A stretch of DNA of 64,000 nt, taken from Octopus sinensis (taxonomy: Eukaryota). The translations under genes were made by a program, and so were the position numbers. Where the stretch lies: NCBI RefSeq assembly GCF_006345805.1, contig NC_042998.1, forward strand, positions 65,534,001-65,598,000, in the 5' to 3' direction. Shown here in pieces: positions 41,405 to 55,226 of the stretch. The notes under the pieces were generated by a model. That model saw only the letters and a program-made list of their open reading frames with translations. It was not told the DNA's origin and searched no databases. Numbering within the stretch: position 1 is the first letter of the stretch; each line of letters opens with the position of its first letter.

Positions 41405-41524
41405 TGAATTAGGGTAAATGTTTTAAAATTTTCACCTAATTTCTGAATTACTACTACTTGGCGGTGTGAGTTATGGCTGCTCTTTCTGGTGGACGAATGG
41501 CCTATTAAGGTCACTCCTAAATTG

Positions 41525-41561
<37 letters not shown>

Positions 41562-43454
41562 TGAACAGACACTACACTGAATGAATTTCCAAATATTTCA
41601 AAATCTTTGCATTCAGATCAAATCCATGTATAGTGTACTTGAAGGATAAACTTAGTCATCCGAGCATTTAAGCACCAATAACGTGGCACTTTGATTACTT
41701 TTATGGGAATCCACTCTGCTGGAAACATTCGAGTCTCAAACCTTCTGATTATAGGAATCTCTCGTTCTTCACTACCACCGTATATATCCCGACTGAGGTT
41801 GTTTTATTTTATTGAGACCGAATAACTCAAGCAACTATTCTGTAGAATGCTAGAATTGATTCAAACGCAACATAAAGACAAATTAGCGTTCTCCGGTGAA
41901 TCTAAAAAATAAAATCGATTCCTATGCTTTATAATATATTAACCTATGTATCAGAATATATAGTATTAAGAGAGGAATATCATATTCTTAAAAAAACGGA
42001 ATGGTCTGGGGTTTTTTATGGCAGTTACACAATCTAAAGTTTGCGTTGTATCATAAGGATGAAACGAAATTATTATTTAAAACATAGATATCAATAAAAA
42101 AAAATTGCTAATTTAGAGGTACTTCTGGAATATCAAACCGAATGACTGCGAAAAAGAAATTTATCTTCACAGCAATAAATTGTAGAAAATGTCCAGCTAT
42201 AAATTTAAGCTTCCTGCACAAATGGTACGAAAAGCTGCATAAAAAAGTATCAGCAAAACAAAGTGATTAGTAACGTTTTATTTTCATGATACGTTACAAG
42301 CTGTTTTTGTAAATGCCTTGTGAAAGTCATAGAAATTGAACGGATTCCCTTTACATCTATTTTCTCATGAATAAATACAATGGATTTCGTAGGCTTTGTT
42401 ATGTTCGTATTTGACAACCTCAGAAAACAAATCAGATGTTTCTAGAAAAAAAAAGGCATCCTGAATTATAATTGGCATTGCTTTATATGTAACAATATCT
42501 TTGTACACCATATTCAGTGAATGCATTCAACCAGAATAAAATATCAAGTTGTACTGAAAATAAACATGGATGGGTGTTGAAAAGCATTACTGCCCGCACT
42601 GAGTTAAATGCTCATATCCTAATTTATTTATATGGGCAGTCATAAATGTTGATGAAAAAAGACGCTACAATATCTATTTCTGTTTATCCGAATATCTATG
42701 CAAGCTCTTTTTTCGAATTAATAACTTAAATTTACAACAAAAAATTCAAATTTTGCGACTGTACTAATATAATTTTATTAGATTGTTAAATAATCCTGCA
42801 TGTATACACACATATAAACGCACATAGATGCACACATATAAATGTTTTTGTGAATGGTAGACGTGACGCAAATAAAGCTATAACAGCGTGTAAATCATGG
42901 GTGAGAAATATGAACTTTGGATAGAAAACGTTGACTATATATGCGCATATAACTATATAAATGCCTGTATACATACACCCATGTTCACACAAACATATAT
43001 ACATAATTTACTACAGTTCCTAAAAAATGGTTATGCATTCATCTCATTCTTCTTTACTTAAATTTGTTAGTTGTTTCAAAATTAACAAAGAAATAGAGTT
43101 TATTAGAGAAAGCAGACTGCATTGAACTGTCATTGATCGAGCTTTCGAGAGCGGACGGTATAATTAACAGACCAAGAGACACTAAAAAAATGGGATGGAC
43201 ATCACAAGACAATTTACTTACAAGATACAAAAAAACACTGTTTTGAGAAAGCTTGCTTTAGGATTTATATACTCTTTCATATTACGAGGAAGACTTTAGA
43301 TAGCCATATTCAAATGTATTATCTTCTGTGAAACAAACTTTCTGTTTTGTTTCTCAACACAATTTACGAAATTTAAACGACGCATCATTTATGTCGTAAC
43401 TTCTAGTAGTTTTGTATTAAATACGTGAAATGAATTATTAGTATATTATTAGCT

Positions 43455-44490
43455 ATTTTATTTTATTTTATCTAGTTTCAGCTCATGAGCTGTGGCCATG
43501 CTGGGGCACCGCCATTTGGTGTTGCTACACGATTTTACTTCACGAATGCGTTTTAGCAATTGCCATTTGGCGCATGAGAGAGTTCAATGCAGCTGTCCTC
43601 ATCTGCACCTCCTGCAGTGAAGTTGGTTCATCTAGGACACCTGACAGGAAGAGATCCAGTTTTATTTTAAAGACATCTGCATCCACCCCATGCAGGTCTC
43701 TCAGGTTCTTTGGGAGGATATTGAAGAGCTGTGGGCCTCGGAAGCCCAGGCTATCACAGTATCTTGTCCTACATCTTGATGGCAAACTTGGAGTCCTTGG
43801 CACTATGCGGTGGCGCCCAGTTCTAGTATTTGTGTAACTCTCGATGCCAAAGTTTGGGACAAGTCCTTCTATGATTTCCAGATGTATATTATGGCATATC
43901 TTTCTCGCCTACGCTCTAAGGAATAGAGTCTTAATCTCTTGAGTCTCTCCCAGTAGCTTATATGCTGCACAGAGGCTATCTTCGTGTTGCTTCGTTGGAT
44001 CACCTCAAGTTCTGTGATTTACTTGACATTCGATGGTGACCATAGCTGAGAGCAATAGTCAAAGTGGCTTAGGGCAAGTGTCCTCCAGAAGACCATTATG
44101 GTTTCTTGGTCTCTTTTTCTAAAGGTTCTAAGAATCCATCCGGTCAGCCGCCTACATTTCATTGCCAATTTAGCAACATGTACATGAAAGGTTGCATCAT
44201 CACTCATGTAAATACCCAGGTCTCGCACTGATTGTGCCTATGGGATAGCAATCCCTCCAGGTCCAGTGTATTTATTGGGTATTGCATTTAGTTTTGCATG
44301 CTGATAGCATAAATCTTGAAACTTTTCAGCATTGAACTGCATGCTATTCTTTTCAGCCCACTTGTATATTTTGTCCAGCTCACATTGCAGGTGCATTGTG
44401 TCTTCAGGGTTCTGTATTGCCTGTGAATCTTTTGTATCATCTGCATAACTTGTGATCGTGGCTCTCTGATATGAAGAAATTATGAGTTTT
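43455..44490 (-). mobile_element. 5'-truncated CR1/Jockey-superfamily LINE
   Basis: YADD at 44436-44447, RDLGIYMS, GWILRTF..DYCSQLWSP, SLGFRGPQLFNILP; 3' tail ggcggtgccccagcatggcc..gaaactagat(aaaat)n. Confidence 0.9.
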
Positions 44491-44491
44491 A

Positions 44492-44739
44492 TTGGGTTGG
44501 TGCATAATTATTGCAGCTGTTTTTCAACAAAATTTGTTCGACAAAAACAATAACAACATGTAAAAAAAACATCTTTAAATGATTATTCCGGAGTATATTC
44601 ACCTTCTTCAATCACCGCTTCCCATTTGCTTGGCAGACGATCAAACCGTCATTTAAAGATGTTTTTGCTAAATATTGTTATTGTTTTTGTTGAATAAAAT
44701 TTATTGAAAAAAAGCAGCAATAATTATGAACCAACCTCA
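44492..44739. mobile_element. Mariner-derived MITE
   Basis: ~95-bp imperfect TIRs starting ttgggttggtgcataattattgc, TA on both flanks; internal minus-strand piece encodes DRLPSKWEAVIEEGEYTPE* (mariner C-terminus). Confidence 0.85.
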
Positions 44740-45029
44740 TAGTTTGCTTACGGAGACAATTATTTAACCGTATTTCGTGAATCATTATTCAAAATATTCA
44801 GTAAATTCATCGATGTTTTCAGCGTATCTACTGCTTTTCATTTCTTAACTTCTGCAAATATTTTCAATGCATTTCATATATGTATGTATTTGTTAATAAT
44901 TAGATGTTTACATGTTCACAAAAGGTGACTCTGATAGGGTTTTGTAGCTTAAAAGTGGTTTCTAAACTGCTATTTTAGAGTCTGTTATTCACTGTTTGAA
45001 TAGTACAAACATACAAACATGCAAACACC

Positions 45030-45076
<47 letters not shown>

Positions 45077-47944
45077 ACACACACATTCACGCACGAACAC
45101 AATATTCCGTATATAAATACATACATAGAGAGACGTAAACACAGTTATGTGCACATACATACACACGTACACGCAAACAAAATGTAGCATCTTACACGTG
45201 CACACAGAGAAACACAAACACGCATATACATGTATTCAATCACATATATTCATACGTATACACATACACTAAAAAGAGGATATGGCAGGAGAATTGAGTG
45301 TATCAAGATGAAAGAAAAGGAATTTTTTGCTGCAGTCATTTTCATATGAAATGGTTCTATAAATCTCTGTTAATAACCAAACTACTTACGAAGATGGTCA
45401 CAAACGTACTCATTTAGATTTCACATATAGCGTACATACATATACTTACACGAATTCACTCACACATATACGCACAAAAATACACACACAAAAATACAAA
45501 ATATGTATGTATGCATGTATATATGTATATAAGACTGTCTTTGTAATTTTCAGTTTTCGTTCATTTTATAATATATTGTTATGTCTTACATAAGGAAATG
45601 GAACTGGTAAGTAGATGTTATGCGGGAAAGCTCTGGTTATGTAACAGTATTTGCTAAAACAAACTGCCAACAAAATGAAATCTCTTAAGATGTTTACAAT
45701 TTTAAATCTAGTTTATAACTGTTTTCAGTGTCTTATTCTAAACACAAGGGAGAATTAATTTAACATTAATTACCACGTTTTCATTAACTTTAAACTGAAA
45801 TTCTATTAATATTAATGAGATGATATCTATTCTAATATATTGGAGACAATTAAAGGAATTGTTAATTAGGCAAACATAATTTATTAGACAATCATCGAGG
45901 AAAAACACTTGTGAAGAATAACTGGTAATTAAATAAATGAGCTGTAGGAATTGGAAATATTTTTCACATTCTTAATTAGTTAAAAATCTGCGAGATGTAT
46001 CGTTTTATGTTTGACAAATTCCAGGAACAATATAAATTAGTTCTTTTATGAGAAGTAAAATGTATGTATTGATATGTAACATATTTTCGACGCTGTCCAG
46101 AATAAAATATATTAACTGACAACGTACCTTACGTGACCATCCTTCACTGTTTGGTTGTGTACGTTGTAGCTGCATTCAACATTTCTTAATATATTGACGC
46201 AAGGTCATATCATAAAAATGATATTTGAGGAGCTCAGCTCATTTAAACACTTCTCACTTATCTTTCGTTTTTTGTTTAATTCCTATTCGCCTTCTGTCCC
46301 TTATTCTATTCCTTCAATAAACTAGTTTATTTTTATTGTCCCTCAATGAATATTTATCACATGTGCTGCATCTAAGTACATTTTGAAAGCAACATCCTAA
46401 TGACTTTAAAACACGCATTCCTATTTGTAGTTTCACGCAATACTTCCAATAAGACATATTATTCAGGTTCTATCTTCATATGACAAAGCCTGTTAGTTTC
46501 AACCCTAACTTTTTCTCTATGCAAAACATAAGAGAAACTTATTTTTAAATTCTGAAAATATTTTATCATCTAACAACATATGTCCTGCTCCCATCACAAG
46601 CTTTAACACTTCTCTAATGAAAGCTACGAACCTTAAATGTTATTTAAAATTTGCCTTGGATCAATCTGGTACTTTAATCTTCCCATCGCCATTCATGCTT
46701 CTATCACTACTTATTACGCACCATATCGTTCACAGCCTGTGGTCAAATCAATATAGACGATGTGTTACGACGTTAAATTGCGCCCCTATGCTATTTTCAA
46801 AGCTAATTCTGAAATTGTTGTTTACAGCTGATATTTGATCTTTGTAGTTTTAAGTTTTAGCTGAGTTCTTTCTTCAAGCAGCGCAATAACATTGCTAAAG
46901 CCATGACAACTCTCTACCGTTAGCGTCTACTAATAATCTACATCCTGCAGTTCTTTGCATATTTCATTGATAATCATATGAGTACTAATAATTAAAAGAT
47001 CACGTGATGCAAAACAGACGGTGGCCAGTAAATATACTGAAGTGGTAGAGTATTTTGCAAACAGATCCTGATTAGGCAGAGCTTTGGTCTATTTGTCTTA
47101 GTCCAAGGCATACAGCATGGTAGACTGATCAAAGAATTTTCTTGTTTAGACCCGTCTCCAAAGGTTTGATGAGCAGAGTGTATGTTGGTGTCTCTTCAGT
47201 GATCAAATCACTTGGACATCTTACTCAGCAGTTTAGCATCGGATGCTCTGTCCCCGGAGGAGAACACCTCTCTTGTACATTTAGTCGCTGGAAACGTTGG
47301 TGTGAAGGATTTGGATTTTCAGCGCATTGACTTCCCAAAAAGCATAACATGAGAACAGCATAGTCATACACTGACGACGTCACAATTATTGTATTGAATA
47401 AATTGGAGACAGGAGCAATCAACACTGTTCTGAAAGAATAACTGATGAGTAGAATAACAGACTCAGTATTAGACGGTGAGCTTGCAACTAGGCACATATA
47501 GGAAATTGTATGCAGGTCACCAGTAATTCTAAAGAGTAACTCACTTTTTCGGGCTGTCACACACTTAGAAATATATTCTTGGAGAATTATTCCAATTTTT
47601 TTTTACTATTTACCGGTTCAATAAATGTTTTACTCGACCAAAAGCTTCATTTGTACAAATCGTCAATTATACTAAGTATTTCTAAAGTCTGGTATTTATA
47701 TTATCCACCTCATTTTCTGAACCACAACATTGGAGGTCATAAAGAAACCAACTTCGTTTATCATAGGTATGGGTATGGTCACACACACGCTCAGACGAAC
47801 ATGTATATACGTGCACGACGGGAGTTTGCACAGTTTCCACTTGTTCAGTAGGTATGCGTGTGCCCTGGGCTGTTTCACAAGTCCTTATCTTGCACATCTT
47901 CATGATGCAGCCTTACCTACCCCTCGGAAATATATTTTAAAATC

Positions 47945-48007
<63 letters not shown>

Positions 48008-48117
48008 GTGTGTGTGTGTGTGTGTGTGTGTGAGTGTGTGTGTGCGTGTGTATGTGTGTGTTTGCGTATGTCTGTCTGTCTGTCTGCCTCTCTGTCTGTG
48101 TGTGTATATATATATAT

Positions 48118-48172
48118 AGGCGTATGAGTTGGTGTGTGGATTTGGTAGACAGAAACTGAAAGAAGCCCGTCG

Positions 48173-48224
<52 letters not shown>

Positions 48225-48475
48225 TGTATCTGTTTATGTATCTGTGTTTGTCCCCCCCCAACATTGCTTTACAACCTTTGCTGGTGTGTTTACACCGCGC
48301 TAAGTCCGATTCCCAGACCGGGCGTTGTGAGTGTTTATTGAGCGAAAACACCTAAAATCCACGTGGCTGTGGCAGATGAAAGGCAAATTCAACCTCGGCG
48401 GAATTTGAACTCAGAAAGTAAATACTGCTAATCATTTTGCACGGCGTACTAACGTTTCTGTCAGCTCGCAGCCTT
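48118..48475. mobile_element. Mosaic of SINE A, D and C fragments
   Basis: gatttggtagacagaaactgaaagaagcccgtcg (A); cgattcccagaccgggcgttg (D); aaattcaacctcggcggaatttgaactc (C). Confidence 0.65.
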
Positions 48476-50422
48476 CTGATGCTTGATATAGTTCTAACTT
48501 TGTGCCTAAGTAAAAAAATAAACGAAGGGTATATTGTTAATATTTACCCAAACCAATTTTTAGAGACCACTAAACTAAGCACCAGTCAAGTACATGGTCG
48601 ATGAAATTGATATGACCCGCCACTAAAAATACTAATGTACTTGTGGTAAAACTAGAAAAAGTAATTTCATAATGTTGGTATTATCTGCCGTTGCCTGTAG
48701 ACGCGTCGGTTTTCCCTTGCACCAGCTAAAGTTACTTCAAATGTTACCGAATTATTATTTATTTTTGTTTTTTACTGTGAAATTCTTCCCTTGGAAATCT
48801 ATTCTATATTCACGAGACTGAAAATACCATATCGTTTTGATTTTGACACACATATACATACAAATACAAAAACACATACGCATACATACACAAACACATA
48901 CGTATGTGTATGTCTGTGAGAGAGTCAGAAATTATGCATAAGTATATAATTATATGATGGTTAAACTATATTTACGAAAGTTCCCTCATAAATAGCTGTT
49001 GAAGAGTTTTCTATTGTAGGAAAATATAAATTGAACAGATTACGCTCAGAGAGATCGAACCACAAATGATGCAGTTGGAATGTAACATCCTTAACTACAC
49101 AACGATACATTGCACTATCTATAATTGGTAATTACTGAAACACGTTTTCACTCCCGAGGGAAAATTTTGAAAGTGTTATTTTCATGTATTATTAAGTTAT
49201 TTTCTGTAATTCTAAATCATTTAATTAGTAATAAAGTATTTATTCGGGTATTCATGTATTTTTCAATTTATATTTTATAATTTTCTATGGATACAATACT
49301 TGCTTATCGCTGAACAATTTCAATTTTCAACCAGAATTCATAAATAGACGTGTTATTTAATATACTGCATTAGTAGAAACGTTGTCAGTACACGATCTAT
49401 GACACCATCTACAAATTAGGCATTGTACTTCCAAACTTCTGCGACTTCATTTAATTCTAGCGTACAATCAACATCATCAATTAGAATCGGATATATGAAC
49501 AAAACTTGTTTTTAAAAATATCCGAATATTCTTAGAAAGTGTGAAAATTGTAAGTTGTATTCTTTTTCAACTTTAAAATTATAGAAAGATAACAGGCGAA
49601 TGATTTTAGTATTCTAAATTTCCATATAATTCTGTGATAATTTCTCTCATTATTAATTACGTATAAATAGCGTTTGTGACGTTAGTAATAAAATAAAATA
49701 ACTGAAGCTGAAAAATACTTTTGATGTTTGCTTTTATATGATTAATATGAAGTCATATTTTCTATGTCCTTTTAGTTGAGTACATAATCTCAGAATACAT
49801 AGCTAGAAGGCATCAAGCTAACAATTATACTTCATTTCTTAATATATATTTGTATCAAATAATAAGATTAAAGAATACATCTACAAATCATTAACTTAGT
49901 TTTTTCTTGCAAATTAGCGTAATTATATTTGTAAGATTCGCATTAATAAATTATCGAAAGCATCTGTGAAACTTCAAAGAGTAAATGATTAAAGATATAA
50001 AAACTGACAGTGATTGACATGCTGAAAGTCACGTGGGAGAGCGTGGATTATCTAATCCAGGAACTGAAAAATTAATTAGGTTTGTGTCTAACTATTCTGA
50101 CACTGAAAGTACAGGTTTGATTTTAGTGACACCTACCACATGCATATAATTGTATAGGTTCCATTACAAAGAAGGTTGTTTAATGAGGAATTTGTTGCTA
50201 AAATTCACAGTAGAGGTATTTTACTTGAAAAGAGAGATCAAAAACATTATGCGTTTTAGAATGAGGCTCTTACAATTCTATTTGTAAATACTAATTACTG
50301 TTTTTCTTATTTAATTTACTTTCAATACAACATAGAGCTCTATGTGTATTACTAACGTATTCCAGTGTATAGCATGCATTTAGTCCAGCACTGTGGTGAA
50401 AGTTGATTCAAAATTTTATCTA

Positions 50423-50462
<40 letters not shown>

Positions 50463-50465
<3 letters not shown>

Positions 50466-51850
50466 AGCAGAAAGATCGCCCTCTGGGCGATTTTCTACTA
50501 GCTACTTGATAATATTTCCACATTTGAAACCCAATTCTAATATTGTTTACGATATTTTACGTCTCGTTCTTTCCGGTGTTGGTGTGCTCACTTGCTTAGT
50601 AAATATTGCTTTCATTATTTTATCAGCCATAATCACTCTTTTTTAAAGAGCCAATCTCTTATATATATTTATCATTAATAATTTATAGAACTTACATAGG
50701 TGTGTATAGATAGATATATAGATTGATAGAAGAATAATGAATGGATGGATTGATGGATGAGGGGTAGTGATATACACATACTCACACACAAAAACTGGTG
50801 CTGTGACAACACATGGGAATGACATTTCCTTACTTTTTCAAATATACCCAGATTTAAAATGATCTCATATAACGATCTCTTTCATTCGGTATATGTTGAA
50901 ATATGTCAAAACAATTTAATTTCACGCAAATACATGTTAAATTACATATAATTTATGTTTTATTATATTTACTGAAACAAGGTAGATACCATATTTTGCT
51001 TCAAAGTACTACCTTTTTCTACAAACAGTTGTCAGTAAGCATACTGTTTCCATTTCTCTCGAACATGTTAGAAGAATTCTGTCGGAAGATTTATTCCAAT
51101 TTCTTCGACAGCACGTCCCTGTCTTGTTGCACGTCAAGACAAAAGTTTGCTCGACAGGAAATTTTGGGGTGTAAATGTAAATGGAAATTTCATTTCTAGT
51201 AATACATGTGGTATTATTGGGATTGGCTGTGTTGATCCTGCCGAAGGGCCAGATGCATCTGCAGCCTCAAAGAAATGATCATGAAAATTCACAATGTCCA
51301 TTATTAGTACTTAACATTCTCAGAAGCATTATGCATCGTTCTTTCTTCAGCTTGAGAATATGTGGTGGAAAACCTGAAGGTGTAATCTTGATGATGAACT
51401 CGATTGGGTTTGTGAAGTTATTTTTGTGGTCAGCATATACAAAGTCACATGGATCTGAAAGAGTACCACTTTCAAGGCAAGGGTTATTGAGTAATTTGAT
51501 TTTGAATTTAATTAGGCTTCCTTCAACAGAAATGTTGCTATTTTCTATATCAAGAAGGTAATTAGCAAAATCTCTTTCATCAGAATGACCTTCTGTAAGA
51601 AGTCTTAGATTGCTTGTCAACTCCACTACTTCCACATGGTCGCAATGAAAAATCTGATTACTGTTGCATCAGCAAGTTGTTATCGGACACCATTATTTGA
51701 AGTAGAATATTCTCCTCTCAAAATACCGTAATCGATCGGTCATGTGTAGCGGAAACAGAATCATGTCTACATCTCCATGCATACTGAGCCACCTGTTTCG
51801 GTCACTTTGCCCTCGTTTGCTCTGATTCGGTTGCCCGTCTTTGCTCTGCC
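50463..51850 (-). mobile_element. Helitron remnant: decayed PIF1-family helicase plus 3' terminus
   Basis: LTSNLR..FANYLLDI, TPSGFPPHILKLKK..IMLLR, frameshifted FP..F..T.NK and IGINLP motifs; downstream hairpin atcgccc-aga-gggcgat then CTGG. Confidence 0.85.
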
Positions 51851-52305
51851 GTTGTGCCTTTGCTCCTAAATTTTCATTTTCAGTTGCATATTATATATAA
51901 ATGAAAGCTCGTTAAAAATATCAGCGATCATATAGTTATAATTCTAAGGCTTATAGCGTTCCAAGTAGCCATAAGAACAAAATCACTTTTTCATTAAATA
52001 TATAAGAAATACACGTAGAAGGTTGTGATACCCTTAAACCCACAGAATATAGATATATAATTACATTTGGTATCAGAATGTTTTTTAGGCATATATATAC
52101 ATATATATATAAATGTTCAAATAAGAGCAAATACAAGTTGAAATCTAATAAATATTGATACAGACACCACTCAAACACATAATATACACAAGATTGAAAC
52201 AACACTTGAATTAAGTGAAAACTTTTAAAATGATAAGCAAAACATTTTCATTCTTAACTTTAGCAGTTTACTCAACGAAAATCACACACGCACACATACA
52301 CATAG

Positions 52306-52339
<34 letters not shown>

Positions 52340-52346
52340 TATATAT

Positions 52347-52400
<54 letters not shown>

Positions 52401-52404
52401 CCTT

Positions 52405-52597
52405 TTCTACTCTAGGTACAAAGACCGAAATTTTTGGAGAGGGAGCCAGTCGATTACATCGATCCAGTACGCAACTGGTACTTTATTTATCGACCCTTAA
52501 AGGTGAAAGGTAAAGTCAACCTCGGCGGAATTTGAACTCTTAACTAAAGACAGACGAAATACCACTAAGCATTTCGCCCGGCGTGCTAACGTTTCTC
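52405..52597 (-). mobile_element. SINE family C
   Basis: Full block ttttctactctagg..gtcaacctcggcggaatttgaactc..cccggcgtgctaacgtttc. Confidence 0.85.
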
Positions 52598-52599
52598 TG

Positions 52600-53985
52600 T
52601 ATTTGTTTGAGTGATATCTCCTTCGGGTGCTTCGATGAAGTTCGTATGTCACATCCGTCAGGTCATTTTCTAAATCTACGGAGTGTAGCGACTACGAACA
52701 TCACGCCTTGATATTTCAGCCCTGTAGCATGTGTTTACTGTCTTTACTTTGTAACAAACTCTCACTATACTATACCAGTTTTTGTCCTATTTAGGGAGGG
52801 TACTACTGGCTTCATTACATATAATGCTATCTACCTTCTTTCTAGCTCCTCGGTATATCTGGATCCTACAATTCTGGTCATATCCAGAGAATTGCACGTG
52901 GTGCATGAGCTTCTGTCCATGTTCATTTGTTTCATAAGATTTTCAGAGTGGGGTCACTTTATTCATTATCCTAAGACTGCTATCAGTATCTTGATTTTCA
53001 TATTGTGTAACACAGCTGAGTTCCTGTGAACAACATGTTTAGAAGCAATGGGTTTCATATAATAGCAGTAAAGGAGCTGCACTCTCTTCCTACAGTCTCT
53101 ACTAAAAGTTCACTATCCAGGATAGGGACCCTATTTTTAGAGTACCAAGTGGGGTAATATATAGTTACCTTGATGCTTTGGTGGATGCAGTTAGCTACGT
53201 ACTGGATGCTCTTCATTATGCTCTTCTCAGTTTCTACACTATTTTCACTTGGGTTTGTCCTAACTAGGTTATTGATGTCATCTACATACTACAGTAAAGC
53301 AATGCAGTTGTGGATTGTTAAGTTTTCTGTCCCACCATGTCATGAAGAGGAAGGCTACATCTCCCGCCACACCGATACCAATGGCTGCGCCCTATCTTTC
53401 TGGTCATGTCCAGAGAATTGCATGCAGTGCATGAAGTTCTGTATATGTACACTTGTTTCATTGGTTTTTCAGTGTCAAACTTCACTATGTTGTTCCTGAA
53501 GGTGGTTTTTGTACTAGCTCCTATGGTATGCGTCGTCATTCTTTTCACATGAATGTTGTCCTCAGGGTCCTAAGTGGTTATTGTCCAGCCACCCCAGCGC
53601 TTTATGTGGGTTTTCTTCACTCCTGAAGTGATGGTCAATCGGCTTCCTCTCTGAGACCTGGTGGGACAAAGTCTACTTAGGTCATGGTTGTCTGTGTAGT
53701 TATGATAATAGCTTAGTGTAAGGAGGAGGCCAAGTTCTTTCGTGTTGACTTTGTGGAAATCTACTTCACTATCACAGATAATCTGAATGCAATATTGCAC
53801 AAAAAAAATACATTGTCTATAGATGGGTAGAGGGAAACCACATCCATTCTAACCAGCACACAACCTGCAAGGTCGTTGGAGTTCTTGCAACTACTGATCC
53901 TACTGAAGAGGCCCTCCGTGCTCACACAGACATCTGGGGATATTTCAATGAGTGGTCGTAACACCTGTGAGAGGAAGTAGGATAG
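52600..53985 (-). pseudogene. Decayed PLE reverse transcriptase (third lineage)
   Basis: MDVVSLYPSID, ELGLLLTL..CPTR..RG, AAIGIGVAGDVA..WWDRKL, YVDD, RVPILD, YYMKPIASKHVVHRNSA, QFSGYD. Confidence 0.75.
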
Positions 53986-54094
53986 ACTATAATTGCTGGA
54001 GATAATCTGGCTGGCTCGGGAGTACCTCAACAGGATATACGTAGGGTTGATGTTCCTTTTGTAACAGGTACAGCTGTTGAATGTGTGTGTGTGT

Positions 54095-54430
54095 GAAGGC
54101 GCATGTCTCAGTGGTTAGAGTGTCGAGCTTACGATTGTGAGGTTGTGAGTACGAATCCCGGACCGGGCTGCGTGTTGTGTTCTTGAGCAAGACACTTTAT
54201 TTCATATTGCTCCAGTTCACTCAGCTGTTGAAATGAGTTGCGAAGTCACGGGTACCAAGCTGTATCGGCCTTTGCCTTTCCTGTGAATAACACTGGTGGT
54301 GTGGAGAGGGTAGGACGGTATGCATTGGTGACTGCTGGTCATCCTAAACAACCTTGCCTGGACATGTGCATGGGAGGGTAAGTTTCTAGGTGCAATCCCA
54401 TGATCAGTCATGGCCGATGGGGGTCTCAAA
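54095..54430 (+). mobile_element. Full-length SINE family B
   Basis: tRNA-like head gaaggcgcatgtctcagtggttagag..gagtacgaatccc, cttgagcaagacact core, 3' gaccgatgggggtctc. Confidence 0.9.
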
Positions 54431-55081
54431 GATATGGATATATTTACTGTGATATATATGTATTCCGGCAATAAAGCGTTTATGGATGAATTCTAGCGTG
54501 CAGACGCAATGAGAGTGCCCGATGAGACTGCACGCCAGAATTCATGAGAGTGCCCGATGTGCCAAACGCTACTGGCCACGACTGATATTTTTTACAACGG
54601 TCATATCGGTAATTTGAAGCCCAGTATGAATCATCGTGATATAAGGAACTTGTTTCCAATCTCCAGATGGCTTCCCGTCCAAATTCATTCATAAGGTAGC
54701 TTTTCGTCCAGTACAAGTTTGATCTTGATGCTCTCCTACGCTGTTGTCTGTACACCAATACATCAAGCTGTTCTGTGAAAGAGGAGACATAATAAATGAT
54801 CAAATATATCCGAACTATACGCAAATACTTAATAGTATTAAGCTTGGGTGGTTCATAAGTGTTGTCGCATAAAATCCGCTATCATCGCCGAATATATGTG
54901 CGTATACAAAGAGTGAGAGAGAGAGAGAGAGAAAGAGTGAGATAGAGAGGGAGAAAGAGAGTTTGATGGATGGTACATAGCTAGTTCTAGATATGTATAT
55001 AAACATATAATATATCATATGCATGTATACACACACACATACACATACACAAGTCTCTCTCTCTCTCTCTCTATCTATCTG

Positions 55082-55226
<145 letters not shown>

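Larger units (their letters stand above)
40920..41530. repeat. Inverted repeat: 273-bp arms (40920-41192, 41258-41530), 65-bp spacer
   Basis: Reverse-complement alignment by eye shows three mismatches. Confidence 0.95.

Noticed and set aside
46127-46163. Possible 37-nt minus-strand exon with strong gtaagg donor
   Set aside because: Acceptor lacks a pyrimidine tract; peptide unrecognised
47440-47475. CTGATGAG...ACTC hammerhead-like start
   Set aside because: No GAAA or NUH element follows
47142-47579. Overlapping 62-aa plus and 111-aa minus ORFs in a GC-richer patch
   Set aside because: No recognisable motif; the best donor (ga|gtaag) follows a stop in the long frame; cannot assign gene or TE
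54480-54824. 114-aa minus ORF next to the PLE remnant
   Set aside because: No motif recognised; possibly degraded TE but unsupported
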